A stretch of 60,588 bases of DNA, the filler included, from Platydemus manokwari (taxonomy: Eukaryota): assembly GCA_037951405.1 (NCBI GenBank). It is 4 parts of 4 records of this genome, joined end to end, with 100 filler letters (N's around TTAATTAATTAA, not from the genome) between each part and the next. Parts side by side here need not be neighbours in the genome. Positions count along the whole stretch, not along the records: positions 1 to 18,725 come from JBBMOY010277781.1; positions 18,826 to 36,522 come from JBBMOY010911086.1; 2 more parts are not named here. The stretch is one strand, 5' to 3'. A model generated the notes under the pieces. That model did not search any database and was not told the DNA's origin. It saw only the letters and a program-made list of their open reading frames with translations. Shown here piece after piece: positions 14,457 through 27,836 of the stretch. A program made the position numbers and the translations under genes. Each line of letters opens with the position of its first letter. Position 1 is the first letter of the stretch.

Positions 14457-15430
14457 AGTTACGGTTTCTATTGTTGAGAGCAGTCGACCCACTTTCCACC
14501 TACACAAATAACATGATAAATTAAATCAATAATCAAACCCGAAAATTAAATTTAAAATACGCGTTCCTATGACAATTTTAAATAATAATCCACATCTCCA
14601 TAGTGATTTGCATATTACTAAGGTGAAAGCATTAGTAACCATGGAAAGTAAATAAAAAACTAAGAAAAAAATTAATCATTACTTCAACAAAAAATTTAAG
14701 TATATAAACCCAGCCCAAGATGGAGAATTTACACATTAATTTCTGAGAGAAACTGCAAGCGCTTAAATTTTGCATTCAACCATCAACACTCAGCCAGAAG
14801 CACTCTTCATCAATTAACTAATTCCGGAAGAAACGTCATCTATCCAGAATTATCATCGCTATTTTAGGAGAAGTCAATCGGAATATTAACCTTCTACGGT
14901 CGAAGCTAGCCACAATCCAGCAGAATCTTTTCCTCAATTGACATACCTCAGTTTAAGGATATTTATCACCGTAAGCTTGTGATCACCTTATCCTATAACT
15001 TAATCAATCCGGAAATTCGTTAAATTTATCTATGCCAATGGTAAATATTATTGTTTTGGCTTAACTCATCGGTCGCAAAGCTTGTTGAGATTTACAGGGC
15101 TAACTTATTAATCAATCATTTCTTTAGTTTATTGTCCGAAGTTGGCAGCATCTATTTCCCTACGTAGGTTGTTCTGATCTTCAGGGCACAACACTCCAAT
15201 TCTGTTAATTTAGACGCATTACATATTTGATAATTTGTGTTATAATAAACGTATTCCTATTATCATTCATAGTTTTATTATTTATCTTTACCACATTATC
15301 CGAATTACATGCAACCTGATTTGGATCAGATCATTGGTAAATCCCCATTGTTCTGATTATAAGCATATGGTCTTAACTTACTGATTGTTCAACGAGTTAT
15401 TACTAGCTGAATTATCTTTAAAACGTCACA
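14457..15430 (-). mobile_element. Possible solo LTR
   Basis: The minus strand begins TGTGACG and ends CCGTAACT (one mismatch from ...AACA). Non-coding, slightly higher GC. No TSD found. Confidence 0.3.
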
Positions 15431-16492
15431 CCAAATATTACTTAGTATAGGCTAGTAGAATTCCATCACTATTTTGCTATTATAAACCCATTATAATATT
15501 TATCTGCTAGTTTCTGTTTCATGTCTCTGAACTTTTATCATTTTTGCTCACCTTGTTTTGACATACCTTCATTTAAGTATTTAAAGTTTTATATTTCAAA
15601 TTTTTATAAAGAAATGCTACACTGCTTAAAATGTATTTCCTAGACGACTCTGAGATTATAAAGTAGTCGTTATTAACTTAGACGATAGTCTTGGATCAAT
15701 CAATTTGAGGTTTTTCTTGCCTATTTTCAGTGCATCATTTTCATTTATGTGAGGAACTAATCAGTATGCAAATTTATAATTCATTTGATTTTGGAGCATG
15801 CGAAAATAAAATGAACTGTGCCTTTTAATATAAAATACTCAATTAATAGTGCCAAAGCATTTAATAAGACGAATATGAATAATTGTGAGGCAGATAGTTA
15901 TAAAATTCATAAAATAATAATTTGATGTTCTATTAGAACATTTTCTATATTGAAAATTTTTTATCTATATAATTCATCAACTGAACACGTCCTGGATAAT
16001 TTTAGTAGCTTTCAACAAATTGCATTGTGTTACTATTTACCTCTTCTTTTTCTGCAGAACTTTTTATCCTATTTAAATTATTCGACATTGTTTTTGCACA
16101 GAGATTGTGATTGTTTACTCTCATTTGTCGATAACCATTGTTTTCAATTATCTATATCTGGTTTAAATATGTGCTAAATACTAGTTGCTGATCTTTATGA
16201 GGTCCTTCAAAATACATGCAAAAGTAAACTCTTAGCATCATTCATTTATTTGTATCTAGTAATATTTCCATATATTTTAATAAACTGTTAACTACTTTAA
16301 AAGTCCATTGAAAATTATATTTTTATTATATCTGGTTTTTTAGAATTTACTTAGAAACTTCTTATGTTAACTTCTTAAAAATTTTAACGAAGTTTTTAAT
16401 TTCATATATTATTTTAAAATTAAACTAATAAAAGTTGTTTAACTTGCTATATCCATAACAACAACTTATTTCATAAACAGATATTATATGAA

Positions 16493-16782
16493 ATGTCTTC
16501 AAATGATGTTAAAATTGGTATTTTGTAATTAATATTAAATACATTTACACCTATTTTCAGAAGAACGAATTGAAGTAAATCCTTGCTTTCGAACCACTTC
16601 GTCAGAGTATGGTCGCTTAAAGCCTAATGTACATACAATACCAAATGTACTTTATACGAAATCGCAAAATTTTACGAAGGTTATTCCAAAATTTACTTAT
16701 GTTATTTTTTTATTTTCCGTTGGTATATTTACAGGAACTAGGTCCATGTGGAATGTATCGGAATCACTCATTCAATATGTGA
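16493..16782 (+). CDS. PIERCE1/PIERCE2-family (C9orf116/C15orf65-like) ciliary microtubule inner protein, 3 exons, 63 aa
   Basis: Exons 16493-16517, 16561-16679 and 16735-16782 with GT-AG introns of 43 and 55 nt and consistent phases give MSSNDVKIEERIEVNPCFRTTSSEYGRLKPNVHTIPNVLYTKSQNFTKELGPCGMYRNHSFNM*. This matches the family pattern YRTS..xYG..P.VH..P..(F/Y)...S..F...L...GM(F/Y)RN.S.N. AATAAA at ~16842. Confidence 0.85.
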
Positions 16783-18280
16783 TTTCTTAATCACGTTTAC
16801 ATTGGTTTTGAAAAGACTTACTTATTTTTAATAACATTTTAAATAAAAACGACTTGTTTTCAAAGATAATAATTTCACTTTGCTTATATTATTTATAAGT
16901 ATTTTCGAAATACAAATAAAAATGCTTCAGAGTCATTATTGATATTTTAAAGCCGATTGTGCATTATTTCTATTTTATTATATTGATGTAATCAGGTGAA
17001 ACTATTAAAGATTCCTTCAATAAGTTAAACAATGTTGATAATAGAGCAGCAGTGACAAGATTTAAACATTTGATTTTTCAAGAGTTGAAATTTTTATCCT
17101 CATGCCACCTCCACATTTTATAATTAATGACAAGGAAATCGTGATCCCTATGAAGTGCAAGTCATTGTTTTAGTTTATACGTATTAATTAGTTATATTTA
17201 TTACAATCCATTTAACCAATTTAGAACAACGAAATATAACTTAGAAGGGGTTTAACGAACTAATTTCATTTTCATTGCGAGTTTAAATTAAAATTGGCAA
17301 TTTTTAATACTGCCGTGTCAATTTTTTGTTTTTTCAATTTCTTTTGCTTTTTTTAATTATAGACAAAAAATTAGTAGAAATTTTTAAGTGTTAAGAGATT
17401 AAAGAATAACAAATGTTTCGACAATCCTTCTCCAAACGAGTGTTGTGTATTTGTGGTCATGTGAGTTCACTGTTCAAATTCAGGGTTTAATGTAATCCAT
17501 TTAAAGATTTTAAAACATTCACTTGGAGATAGACAGATCGCTTTCAATGCATTTTTGCTTATGAAATGACAAACTTTCGATAGAATTCGTACATCAAATT
17601 CGTACATCTTACTTCATATAAGCCTTCTTGTATTGTATGCCTTATTGTGTGCTACTTGAAATAGTTAGTTCAAGCTAAGATTCTTACTATCCGAATGGAT
17701 TGTTGAGTTGAGAATTGAAAAATTTTTCTAACTCTTGTTTAAAGTCTGATATTTTGATGAGATTATTATCATTTTTTTATTTGGCCAAGAACTTGTGTGT
17801 ATTTTATAATTTTAATAAATTTTTATCATTCGATCTTCTATTGAAAATTGTAGCTATTCTGCTAAAATAATTATTTATTAGGTCATTTGTCGATTCTACT
17901 ATTTTCCAATATGGTTTTTCTTTTGTGACCACAATAAATAACACCGATTTTATACATTTTTATTGGTTAATAAATGAAATACTCACTATTATAAATAGAT
18001 GATCATTATTTTGAGTAATATATTTTTAAAGCTTTATACTCGAATATCTTTTCAAATGTTATTCCGATTTTAATTTTTATAACATATTCATGATCGACCA
18101 TGTTTTATTTATGAGATAAGATAAAATTACATCAAATTTTCACTTTATAACAGATAAACTTCAGTTAAGATTCGATCCCCAAGACAATCATCTCATACTA
18201 CCCGAAGAAAGGAAAAAGCCACAAACAAGAGCTGGCTTTTCGAACAACTTCTTAATAAGTTGACTATTTAACTCCTTAGA

Positions 18281-18725
18281 TTATATTACCTTTGAATGAA
18301 ATAAATCCATCCGCTCTGTATAACCATCAATATTGGTAAAAAGACTAGTATAAAACACACTCCCTAATTGTTTTATATCAAATCTTATTTTTGTTAAGTT
18401 TCTATTGATATGCTTTATTTCATTAACAAAATTATCAATTACGTCTTCTCCATGCAATTCAATATAACTCGATTCATGTGATTCTTCATAATTACTTTTA
18501 ATAAAAATACCAAGTGATAAAGGTTTATGATTATAAAAATATTTTGTATCTCCATTTTCTATATTAACTGGAAAATAATGTTTCAAAATCTGCATATATT
18601 ACAAATGGAACTTTATTCTTTTGATAATACATTTTATAGGTTAAATAATCTTCCTTCTTAAATATTGGTTTACTAGGTTTATGATTTTGACATTGATCAA
18701 TATGATTGTTATAAAGAGTTTCTGA
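18281..18725 (-). mobile_element. Polinton/Maverick pPolB fragment (3'-5' exonuclease start), truncated by the gap
   Basis: Minus strand HIDQCQNHKP...KVPFVIYADFETLF, then frameshifted YNHKPLSLGIF...HGEDVIDNFVNEI. PFVIYADFE is the ExoI motif of Polinton pPolB. Confidence 0.75.
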
Positions 18726-18825
18726 NNNNNNNNNNNNNNNNNNNNNNNNNNNNNNNNNNNNNNNNNNNNTTAATTAATTAANNNNNNNNNNNNNNNNNNN
18801 NNNNNNNNNNNNNNNNNNNNNNNNN
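18726..18825. other. Artificial assembly spacer
   Basis: 44 N + TTAATTAATTAA (stop codons in all six frames) + 44 N. Confidence 0.95.
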
Positions 18826-20616
18826 AATCTTTATTTTATTAATTATTTAAACACTTTTATTTTATTTAATTTTGGATTCACTCTTATAAGTTTATTCAAC
18901 CTTGAACAAAAAATTAATTATTAAAATTTATTTTATAACGAAAATTCTAATTATTATATGCTTAAAAATTTGATGATACTAGCTTAAATAACGACTAAAA
19001 AATAATTTAAAAACATCAAATATTTTAAATTTCCACTATGAAATAATTGATGAAGCTAAATGAGTCCTATTTTATTTTTTTATTGATTTGGTCTTCATGA
19101 CTTTTGTAGTAAATTTTGTAATTCATTGGTTCACTATGTCATTTGGGGATTCTAGTATAATATGGTGACTGACACTTTGAATTTAACTATATTGACTTAA
19201 TTTAAGTATCGAGTCAAAATATGATCCGTGAAATGTATCTAACTTTAATCTATTATTTTATAAATGATTTGGAATTTAAGATAAAACAATATTTGTTAGA
19301 CATGTGTACTTCAGGGCTATATATACAACTGTGCAAATCGACTTCGATACATAACAAATATTAACGATCAAACATACGAGGTTGTTTAATACTCGAGGTT
19401 TAATTGTAATTAGGACGAGTTTGAAGTATTGGTTAATACATTATCACCGTTAAATTTTGTATCATTAACTGGAAGCTACAATGCACTTTGGTCTTCCTAA
19501 ACACATAATTGATATTGAAAATATTCAAAACAGCCAAAATTATCTTCCGTCATTTATTCATTATACTGAATATTAAAAATTATATTCAAATTGTATTGAT
19601 AAAACCATCTATAAATCGGTACTTTAATTATTAAGAAATAAACACTAAACTATCAGCAGTGTTAACGTAATATCCATTTCTACTGCTGATGTAAGTGCTA
19701 CTGAACGTCTAGCAGCAAAATTTTGAAGAAAACAACTTATTTATAATCGACAACAATCTAAAGCTAAACTTCACTGAAAAAAAATTTTTTAGTTGCTTTG
19801 AATTTATTTAAAAGTTTCGAAAGGGAAAATTAGAAATATCATATTGATTTTAAGTTTCTTACTAAATGTTATAAAACTTATGCATATTATTTAAGCCAGA
19901 CATGTTATGTATAGGATTTCATATATTTAAAAGACAATAATGGTTTCCAAATTGCACAAAATTTACTTTTACACATTAATGAAAACAGTGTACATAATAC
20001 AACGCAAATGGTCTTTGTATTTTTATATATCAATTAACATGGATTTTTACTGTTGAACTAAGATGGGATCATTCTTTGAGAATGATCTTTAATAACAGAA
20101 TTTATTGTGTATTAAATTTCTGGAGAAAAAGATTAATTTTCATTTACAATATTATGAAGTTTTCTTTTTAATGAATTTACTCGCTTTGCCGTTAATTTTG
20201 AAAAAAATCACCTTACCATAGATATAACCGTAACACAAGTTCTGTCTTTCAATGAAATAATTTAGCATTTAACTTCTGTATGTAAATAAAGAAGAATAAT
20301 TTCTGAAGACAATCTTATGAAAGAATAATCTAATAAATCTATTTAGCCATAAGATTCATAAAAGAACCAATCATAAAATGATATGTTGGTAATTCAATTT
20401 TTTAGAAAAATATAAATTTCACGGTGATTATATTAATGGGGGTATTGTCGGACATGACAAAATAAAACAAATACAAAATATGTTGATATTCTTCAGACTG
20501 AAAACTATCCCAAATATGAAAGTACAGTTATTTATTAAAATAATCAAATAATAGGTACAGGAGTTTGATACAGATGAGGCAGTTTAATGAGAATATCAAA
20601 ATTATGAATAAAATGA

Positions 20617-23600
20617 TTATGATACAACTTCCGGATTTTTCATGCATATAAAACTGTTTTGTTTTCGTTGACATGGTCGATTTTTCCAGAACATTTTCTT
20701 CGTTACAATGACGCAATTCCGTTTTTTACGACCTTTTGTGTTCGGAAAACCTGGTTGCCAATTTGTATACAACACAGCTTCATTGTTGGGATATTTCCAT
20801 TTATTGTGATTGGTTTCAGATTTATGCAGTCCTTTAGAAGAAAAATCATTTATCGATAAACAATATAAGAAAAGTAATTTTTAGTAACAATAATAATTGT
20901 GATTATAAAAACAAATCTTGAAATTATTATGTTGAATTGGTTTCAATACCTATTGAATCTAATGAGATGATGAGATGGTTGAGATTGAGTAATCTAATCA
21001 CGTTTAGGTCAAAATATGCCTTGTAAACAAGTATGGCTGGCACCAAATGTACACATCATGAATTATTGATAATAGAAAGTTCATAAAATACAGGGCGATG
21101 TTTACAGGTTTTAGTTTAATATACAGCACTAGATATGAATTAAAGTCCACGACTTTGGGTATTTCTGTGGTATACTTTAATTTCGATAATAAATCTCATC
21201 GATAGAACAGTTGTCGAAATACCCAAGAAGAATTTATTCCAAGGATGAATATCATTGCTTATATTCGTTGTAATTATCATTGTTCCATATACAAAATGGG
21301 ACAATGTGAAGACGCTAAATGAATTAAGCAAAATTATTTTCTGAAAATTTTTTCAAATGTTCTTTTATATTTCTTATTTCCACGTTGAGCTCTATCTCGC
21401 GAATATTTATGAGACTATAATATATTAGAATGGAAATTGAATAACTCACTACCAGTATTCGCAGCAAAATCATACATTCCATTTGAAATGCGGTATGTTT
21501 ATTGTGATATTGAAGCGATTTAAAGCACTTCATCATTAATGGCATAACATTAAACGGCCTTAATTGCTCGGCAGTTATTTTATCAATGGAGTATATAATA
21601 AAATATTTCATTGTACTTTTATTAGTTAGCCCATGTACAGAATTTCCAAATATACATCAAACAAAAACAATACAATTTAATTCAATTTACCAATCCAGAA
21701 AGGTCTCCGGTCCGGAAACAATTTCATGAGCCAAAACATTACGGATTGGGAAGGAACAGATACCAAATATGAGTCCAATCTCAAGCAATGTTCATTTGCA
21801 TTGGACCATGATAACTTGTTTTTGATTGGTAGATAACATCGTCTCGAAAACAGAAGCCAACCTATTTAAATTATACTTATATGGATTAAATTTAATGATT
21901 CTACTTTCAGTGCAACTAATAGGCGATTTTTCTTTTGATAAGTAGTGTTTGTATTCCATTTCTAACTCATCCGAAGATGGCAAGTCTTGGTTTTGATTTT
22001 CTGTGTTCCATTCTCCATTATCGTGTTCCAGATCTTGTAGCATATTACCGATACTTATAGGCTGATGCTAGTTTTAATTTTAATTGATTCTCGGAACATC
22101 ATTAAATTACCAAAAATGTTTTCGATTGAAGTTTTCTAGATTTCTCTGCCAGAAAATAACCTTTGTTTCCGCAAGTTTTTCTGTCTAATATCAAATAAAT
22201 TTTAATATAATTATTGCGAAAATTTTTAAATCAATAATATTCAAATGATTATTTTAAATAGAAAATATATTGATATTAAAAAAATATAAATGATCAATTA
22301 AAATATATAAAGAGAATATAAAGAGTGGATAAAGAATTGCAGATAGAGATTAAAGAAAATAAATAGAGAATCCGATAGTAAGAAATATGAAGAAAAATCA
22401 AAGATTTTAAAGAAAGGGAGATATGAAATTTTTAAAATCAATTAATAAGTGAGGAACCATTTTAAACAGTAAAATATATTGATATTAAAAAATATAAATG
22501 ATAAATCTATTATTTGAAAAAATTTGAATTGACTTCTTGCGAGGAGCGTCTTAACTTAATTAAAATATTCACACACACAATTATATATATATATATATAT
22601 ATAATTACTTTTGATAATGACTGTTGTTGTCGATTTCTGACCAAATACGGCCTGCTTAGGGGATTTCAATGTCACTTGAAATCTATTGTCCTTCAGCACG
22701 GATCCAGTCATCAAGATCTTTATTGATATGATTTTCTTTTGTTCACCTAAGAAATGATTCACAATTGAACTAAAAAAAAACATTCCAAAATTCACCAGGC
22801 GCAAATATCAAAAGTCGCTGCGACATCAAACGGAAATCTTGATTCATAATAGCCTCCATCGATACAAACCCAACAAGTGCTTGGCTTTCGCCACTTAAAT
22901 TACCGTTTCTTAAAACGTTAATCGTCAACAATCCACGCTGTGGGCATAGTTTATATTTGATTCTGTCAAACTCGATAATGCTCCATTGTAGTTCCAATCT
23001 GAAATGAAGACCAGATTCGAATTACTATGAAAGAATCATCTATGTATTTTCCGAACTTCTCAATGTCAATAATGAAATATTTATCAAAATAAATAAAAGG
23101 ACTTAATGTGTTTTGCAAAAATTGATGTTTTCAATAGCAGTTTCGATGATTTGTTTGTTCACAAAGTTTACAAAAGATCATATTCTATTCTGCTCATATC
23201 GAATTACTTGACTTAAAAGTTTACTCTGCATTTCATCATTGGAATTTTAATTAAAATTATATTTTTTGACTTTTATTTTAAAAAGACTCATCAATTTGTT
23301 GAACAATTTAATGGTTCGATAATAATATATCAGAGATGTTGTCAAGGTAATTATTACTAGAGTAACAATCACAACAAGTACTCATAATCCAGAGTCGTGT
23401 TAATAATGTATTAAGAGAAAATGACCTTGAGTTTAAATCAATCAATAATCGAATTCTGAACTAGTGAAAAACTATAAAATCGATATATGAATGCAGTAGA
23501 ACGAATAAATTAGAAGATACCGAATCATTAGAATAGATATAGGGGTTAATTTATGCCTTAATGATTGATTCAACCTAGTTATCAGTAAAGTCATTTACCT

Positions 23601-26493
23601 TGAATAATTTTTGATCATTATTATTACCAACCAAAATTCGAACGTAATCCAAACATTCGAATATTTTCAAACAACGTGTACATTGTACGCGAATAATCAT
23701 CGCTCACTACTTCAGGAACACTGGCTGGAATCTGCTAACAAGATGATCAAAAATTAAAATCTTATCACTGTAAGAAACTGAGAAAGATAAACTAGCAGTG
23801 CTATTGATAAACCATTATTAATTTAAACAAATGTAACTCATTTGAAGGTTTTTACGGGAAACAAAACCAATAATATAAAATGGTCTTATTAATAAAGCTT
23901 CACAATCGTTGTGTAGAGGATCAAACTTAAAATGACTTACATTTCCGATGATATTCTGAAACTTTGATAAAATATTTTGAATTGTATTATTTCTTTGAAG
24001 ATACTAGTGCTTTTTTCTTTATGAAGAAGATAAAATATTTTCCCTCTGTTGATATCGATCTGTGTGAAGGACGATATAGATTGTTTGGTTTGATAATTAT
24101 AGAAGAATCCTGCAACGAGATCTTTAGCAACCGTAATTTGAGCTTCTGGCCGTGACACGAGTAATTCGTCATATGTCCAATGAAAAGCACTGAAACCGTC
24201 AACAAATTTCATGACAGTAGGTATAGAATATTTCAAAAGAATCAGTTCTCCATGTTGCCAGTTAGTAAAGACAATAGGTAGGACAACTAATCCGGATACA
24301 TGATAGTAGTTATTATAGATATATCCTTCATTCTCACCATCGGATACAAGCACAGTAGCATTAGCCTCCGTGATATTTATGTCATCCAAAAAATGGAATT
24401 CTACTTTTTCAGAATTTATGTCGAATTGGCTGAAATTCTCAGCATCGAGTTTGTTGACTACCACTTTCATGTACGAATCATTGTGGTTGATGTGTTTATA
24501 AATTATTTTATCACTTGGGGTGTCCTCGTCCACAGTTAAAAGCATATCTTTAGTTAGAAGCATATTCGAGCCGATCAGTGCATTGATTGTGGTATTCCTT
24601 TTCAAAGTGGGTACAGCACTAATTCGTGGTATTATTTCGATGTCAATAGAGCTATCTTGTTGAAAACCTTTATGACTAAAAAGTGATATAGAAATTCTTA
24701 AAAGCTTAACAACTTCAGGACATTCGGAAACAAAAAATAAAATTTTCCTTTCCAGTACATCCTCAAACGTAAATTTCGAAACACTATAATCAAGATTGGT
24801 GTAGTAATAAAATCCTCCGCATGTTAGTTTATTCTTAATCGTTATCACAAGGGACTGAACAATATCCGATACTGAATTTTTAATTACGAATTGGCTCTTA
24901 TCCAATGTAAATCGTCGGCCTATATTAATTTTTATTGGGATTACGCTGATTGACATTTTTGGAATTTGTATTGGTTGTGTAAGGAAAATGAAAACCTGTT
25001 TTGGGTCTGATTCAAAACTACCATCAAAAAGCCGGATTAAAAAATAGTCCTTCGCATATGTTACCGAGGGACCGATGTATTTGTAACGAACGTCTTTTTT
25101 ATTGATGTCTCTTTGAGAGAAAGTCTGCAATCTTTGCAACTTTCGAGCGCCTAGGAAAAGACTACCTTTTTCCGGAATTTTCAAAAGGGTGAAGATTACA
25201 TCTTGAGGAAGAGTGTCTGGATCGATAGCACTCAATTCATTTGGACTGATTATCTTCTCATCAATTTTGTTGAGTTGTATCAAAGACAATAAAATTATCG
25301 GAGATACCCTATTGAAACCTGTAATGTTCACTATTGATGATTTATTCACAACATGCTTCCCATCTGTCACTGTAAATTGAAATTGATCTTTTAAAGGAAA
25401 TTTCTGATTTTGAATGTCGATAGTTGAATTATTTTGAATGAAAATAATAGATACGAATTTCAAAAGTTGTAGCGTCAACGGTGGACTACTTCTTGTAATG
25501 ACTCGTGTTTCTCCAAACTTATATTTTAGCGAAAGATTCCCATAAACTGGAAACCTGGTTACAGTAATCTGAATATTGTCTCTTGGAACGTCTGCATCTG
25601 AAACCTGGAAAAGATTTTCATCCAAAGTTCTTTTTTCACCAACAGCAATGTTAAAATCAGAAAGCAACAATTTCGGTGGTTCATCATTCACCGAATGGAT
25701 AAAAACCTGTATCTCCACAGGAGCCGATAAAAATTCCCCGTCAGTTCCTCTGATTGAGAAAACGTCGTGAGTTTGTTCAGATCCATTACCTGATAAACTA
25801 TTCTTGTAAATTATTCTCCCCAATTTGATATCAATGATCGAGAATGTCGAGATTGGTGATAATCCATCCTTAGCACAAATTATTCCCCATATTGGAGCTG
25901 TCACTACTTGAATAGTTATATCATTCTCATTACTATCCAAATCGACGAAACTAATTGCATAATAGCTGATAATTACTGATCCACCTTCATTAACTTGCAA
26001 AGGCATTTGAGAATAAAATGTAGGTGGTTGACTATTGACGGGTAGGATGGTAAAATTGAGATTGAAGGATTCACCGTTTTCCAATACCCATACTTGTGTA
26101 AAATCAAATTGCGATTTAGATCCAATTTCCATGGCTGAATGTTGATAAGCTATAAGACCTCGTTTAACTTCTTCCAAATTGAACGTCGATACCACAGCTT
26201 TACCGTTGAATATATTTCCTCTCGTAGGCATAGCAACAATGATAAACATTGGGTTGGAAAATTGCTTGAAATCAAAAGATTTCAAAACATTTTGAAACAT
26301 GGATTGATGCAAAACAACTGTTGAATTTTCCTTCACAATGACACTATTGTTGATGTACAGACTCCAATTAGATGTTGGTAATATTCTTTTGGTTATATTG
26401 ATGATAACATTGAATATCGGGGATGTTTGGATTCCATCAGATAAGCGAATATTAAAAGCATCTTTGTTTACATTTCGACCGTTGTGTTTGTAC
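20617..26493 (-). CDS. FREM1: FREM1-like (FRAS1/FREM family) extracellular matrix protein, 3' seven exons (~1170 aa); 5' exons not found
   Basis: Exons 26493-23941, 22998-22796, 22746-22609, 22184-22111, 22067-21905, 21861-21691 and 20831-20617, all GT-AG with consistent phases. They encode CSPG/cadherin-like repeats (ILPVNSQPP, FVDLDS, VNDEPP, VSDADVP, FSQRDIN, VTDG), a Calx-beta domain (LQWSIIEF...LRNGNL...DF...LLIFAPGEQKK) and a terminal C-type lectin (CTESWLLFSRRCY...SWSNANEHC...FWIGL...YTNWQPGFP...NCVIV...WKNRPC...FICMK). CSPG + Calx-beta + C-type lectin is the FREM1 architecture. Confidence 0.85.
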
Positions 26494-26579
26494 CTAAATT
26501 TAATAACAATAATAATAATATAAATAATAATAAATGTTATAAAAATTCAATAAGTATTTATTAAAACAAAATTGGGTAA

Positions 26580-27066
26580 CCTTTCCTCAAATGATGGGCC
26601 ACTGTGGTCATTAATTTTGCAACAATATAAAATCGTATAAAGGTAGAATAATAACTATGTTAGTGTCTTTGAATCTGTTATGGATATGAAACCCTTTACA
26701 AATACCCAGTTCTTGGTTAAACTCCATGTCACTCACCTCATTATTTAAACTACATTTAAATAACACTCGTAAATATGCTGAACAATATTGATTAAAGAAG
26801 TACGCATATTTACATTAGGCTCAATGTTTGACAGTAGTATGAACGACAATGTGCTCTCTAGTTTTTGTTTAATTGTTAATTTCTATGGACCTAAAACAAG
26901 CAATATAAAATGTTTTTCGAAGCAACCAAGTAATTTTATTGTGCAGAAAACTTATTGGATATGTAGAATATGTTTTGCTCTTTAGTCTAACTAGAAATGA
27001 GTTGAGTACAGGTGGCTCTCGAATCCCCTGAGGAACAGTCGGTTGAAAATCACTGAAAAATGGCAT
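26580..27066 (-). mobile_element. Highly decayed CR1/L2-like LINE reverse-transcriptase remnant
   Basis: Minus frames QPTVPQGIREPPVL (GVPQGSVLGP-like), DMEFN and WAHHLRK (WSPxLRK-like). Confidence 0.4.
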
Positions 27067-27290
27067 TGAATTTACATTATAATTTGAGAGGATTAAAAAA
27101 TTATTTTTGTTAAATTTTTAAAATAAATTCCAAATAAGTAATAAATAAAACTTTTAATTTTCTATATTTATAATTAGTTGTGATTAATAAGAATTATTAA
27201 AAAAAAATCTCTCTTTAGAAAATTGGTTTAAATATTGTGATAAAATATATTTCTGTTCGAAATCTTTAAAGTCTAATTCAATGGAAAATC

Positions 27291-27836
27291 GGCTTAAGTT
27301 AAAAAGGGGTCCTTTGGCTTACTTTCGTACAATGAATTTTCGCGCATGATATAATTTTATAATTTAATTTGATATATAATTGCGATGTTTGATTTATTGG
27401 TATAATTCAGTTAATATCTCAATTTTTAGGATGTCTAATAGGGACAAAACATTATTTTCATATTCTAATCACAACACCTCTATATTTTTATTTGAGCTTT
27501 TAAATTAAATTTTTTAAAAATTGAGTCAGTTAAACTACATACATATTTAATAATATCATTGCTTATTTTTATAAAATAATTGTAAAATTTGAGAATATCT
27601 CTCAATTTGCTTCTAATGTTAAAAAAGAGTTCTCGCTAATTTTCAATAATTTGCAATTCGACCTTCTTTGATCCGTTTTTCAAATAAGAACTTTTAGGAG
27701 ACTGTAAAGATCTAGTGTATTTAATATTTGACTTCAAACAACTAAAATTCTAATTAATTATTTAAGTAAAAAATCCAAAAGGTTTTTAAAGAATACAATT
27801 AAATAAACTATATAGATTTTTGCAATACACTCAACA
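27291..27836 (+). mobile_element. Partial copy of the same TIR DNA element as 28465-30222 (right TIR not seen)
   Basis: 27291-27400 aligns with 28465-28575 (GGCTTAAGTT...GAATTTTCGCGCATGA...GTTTGATTTAT). ~27598-27836 aligns with 29941-30180. Confidence 0.75.

Noticed and set aside
17240-17600. Possible Merlin/IS1016 transposase tail and TIR
   Set aside because: Only vague similarity; no convincing catalytic motif or paired TIR.
18770-18781. TTAATTAATTAA repeated three times in the window as a biological motif
   Set aside because: Always centred in N runs; it is an artificial spacer.
23964-26523. Short ORFs overlapping the large FREM1-like exon
   Set aside because: Antisense or alternative-frame shadows.
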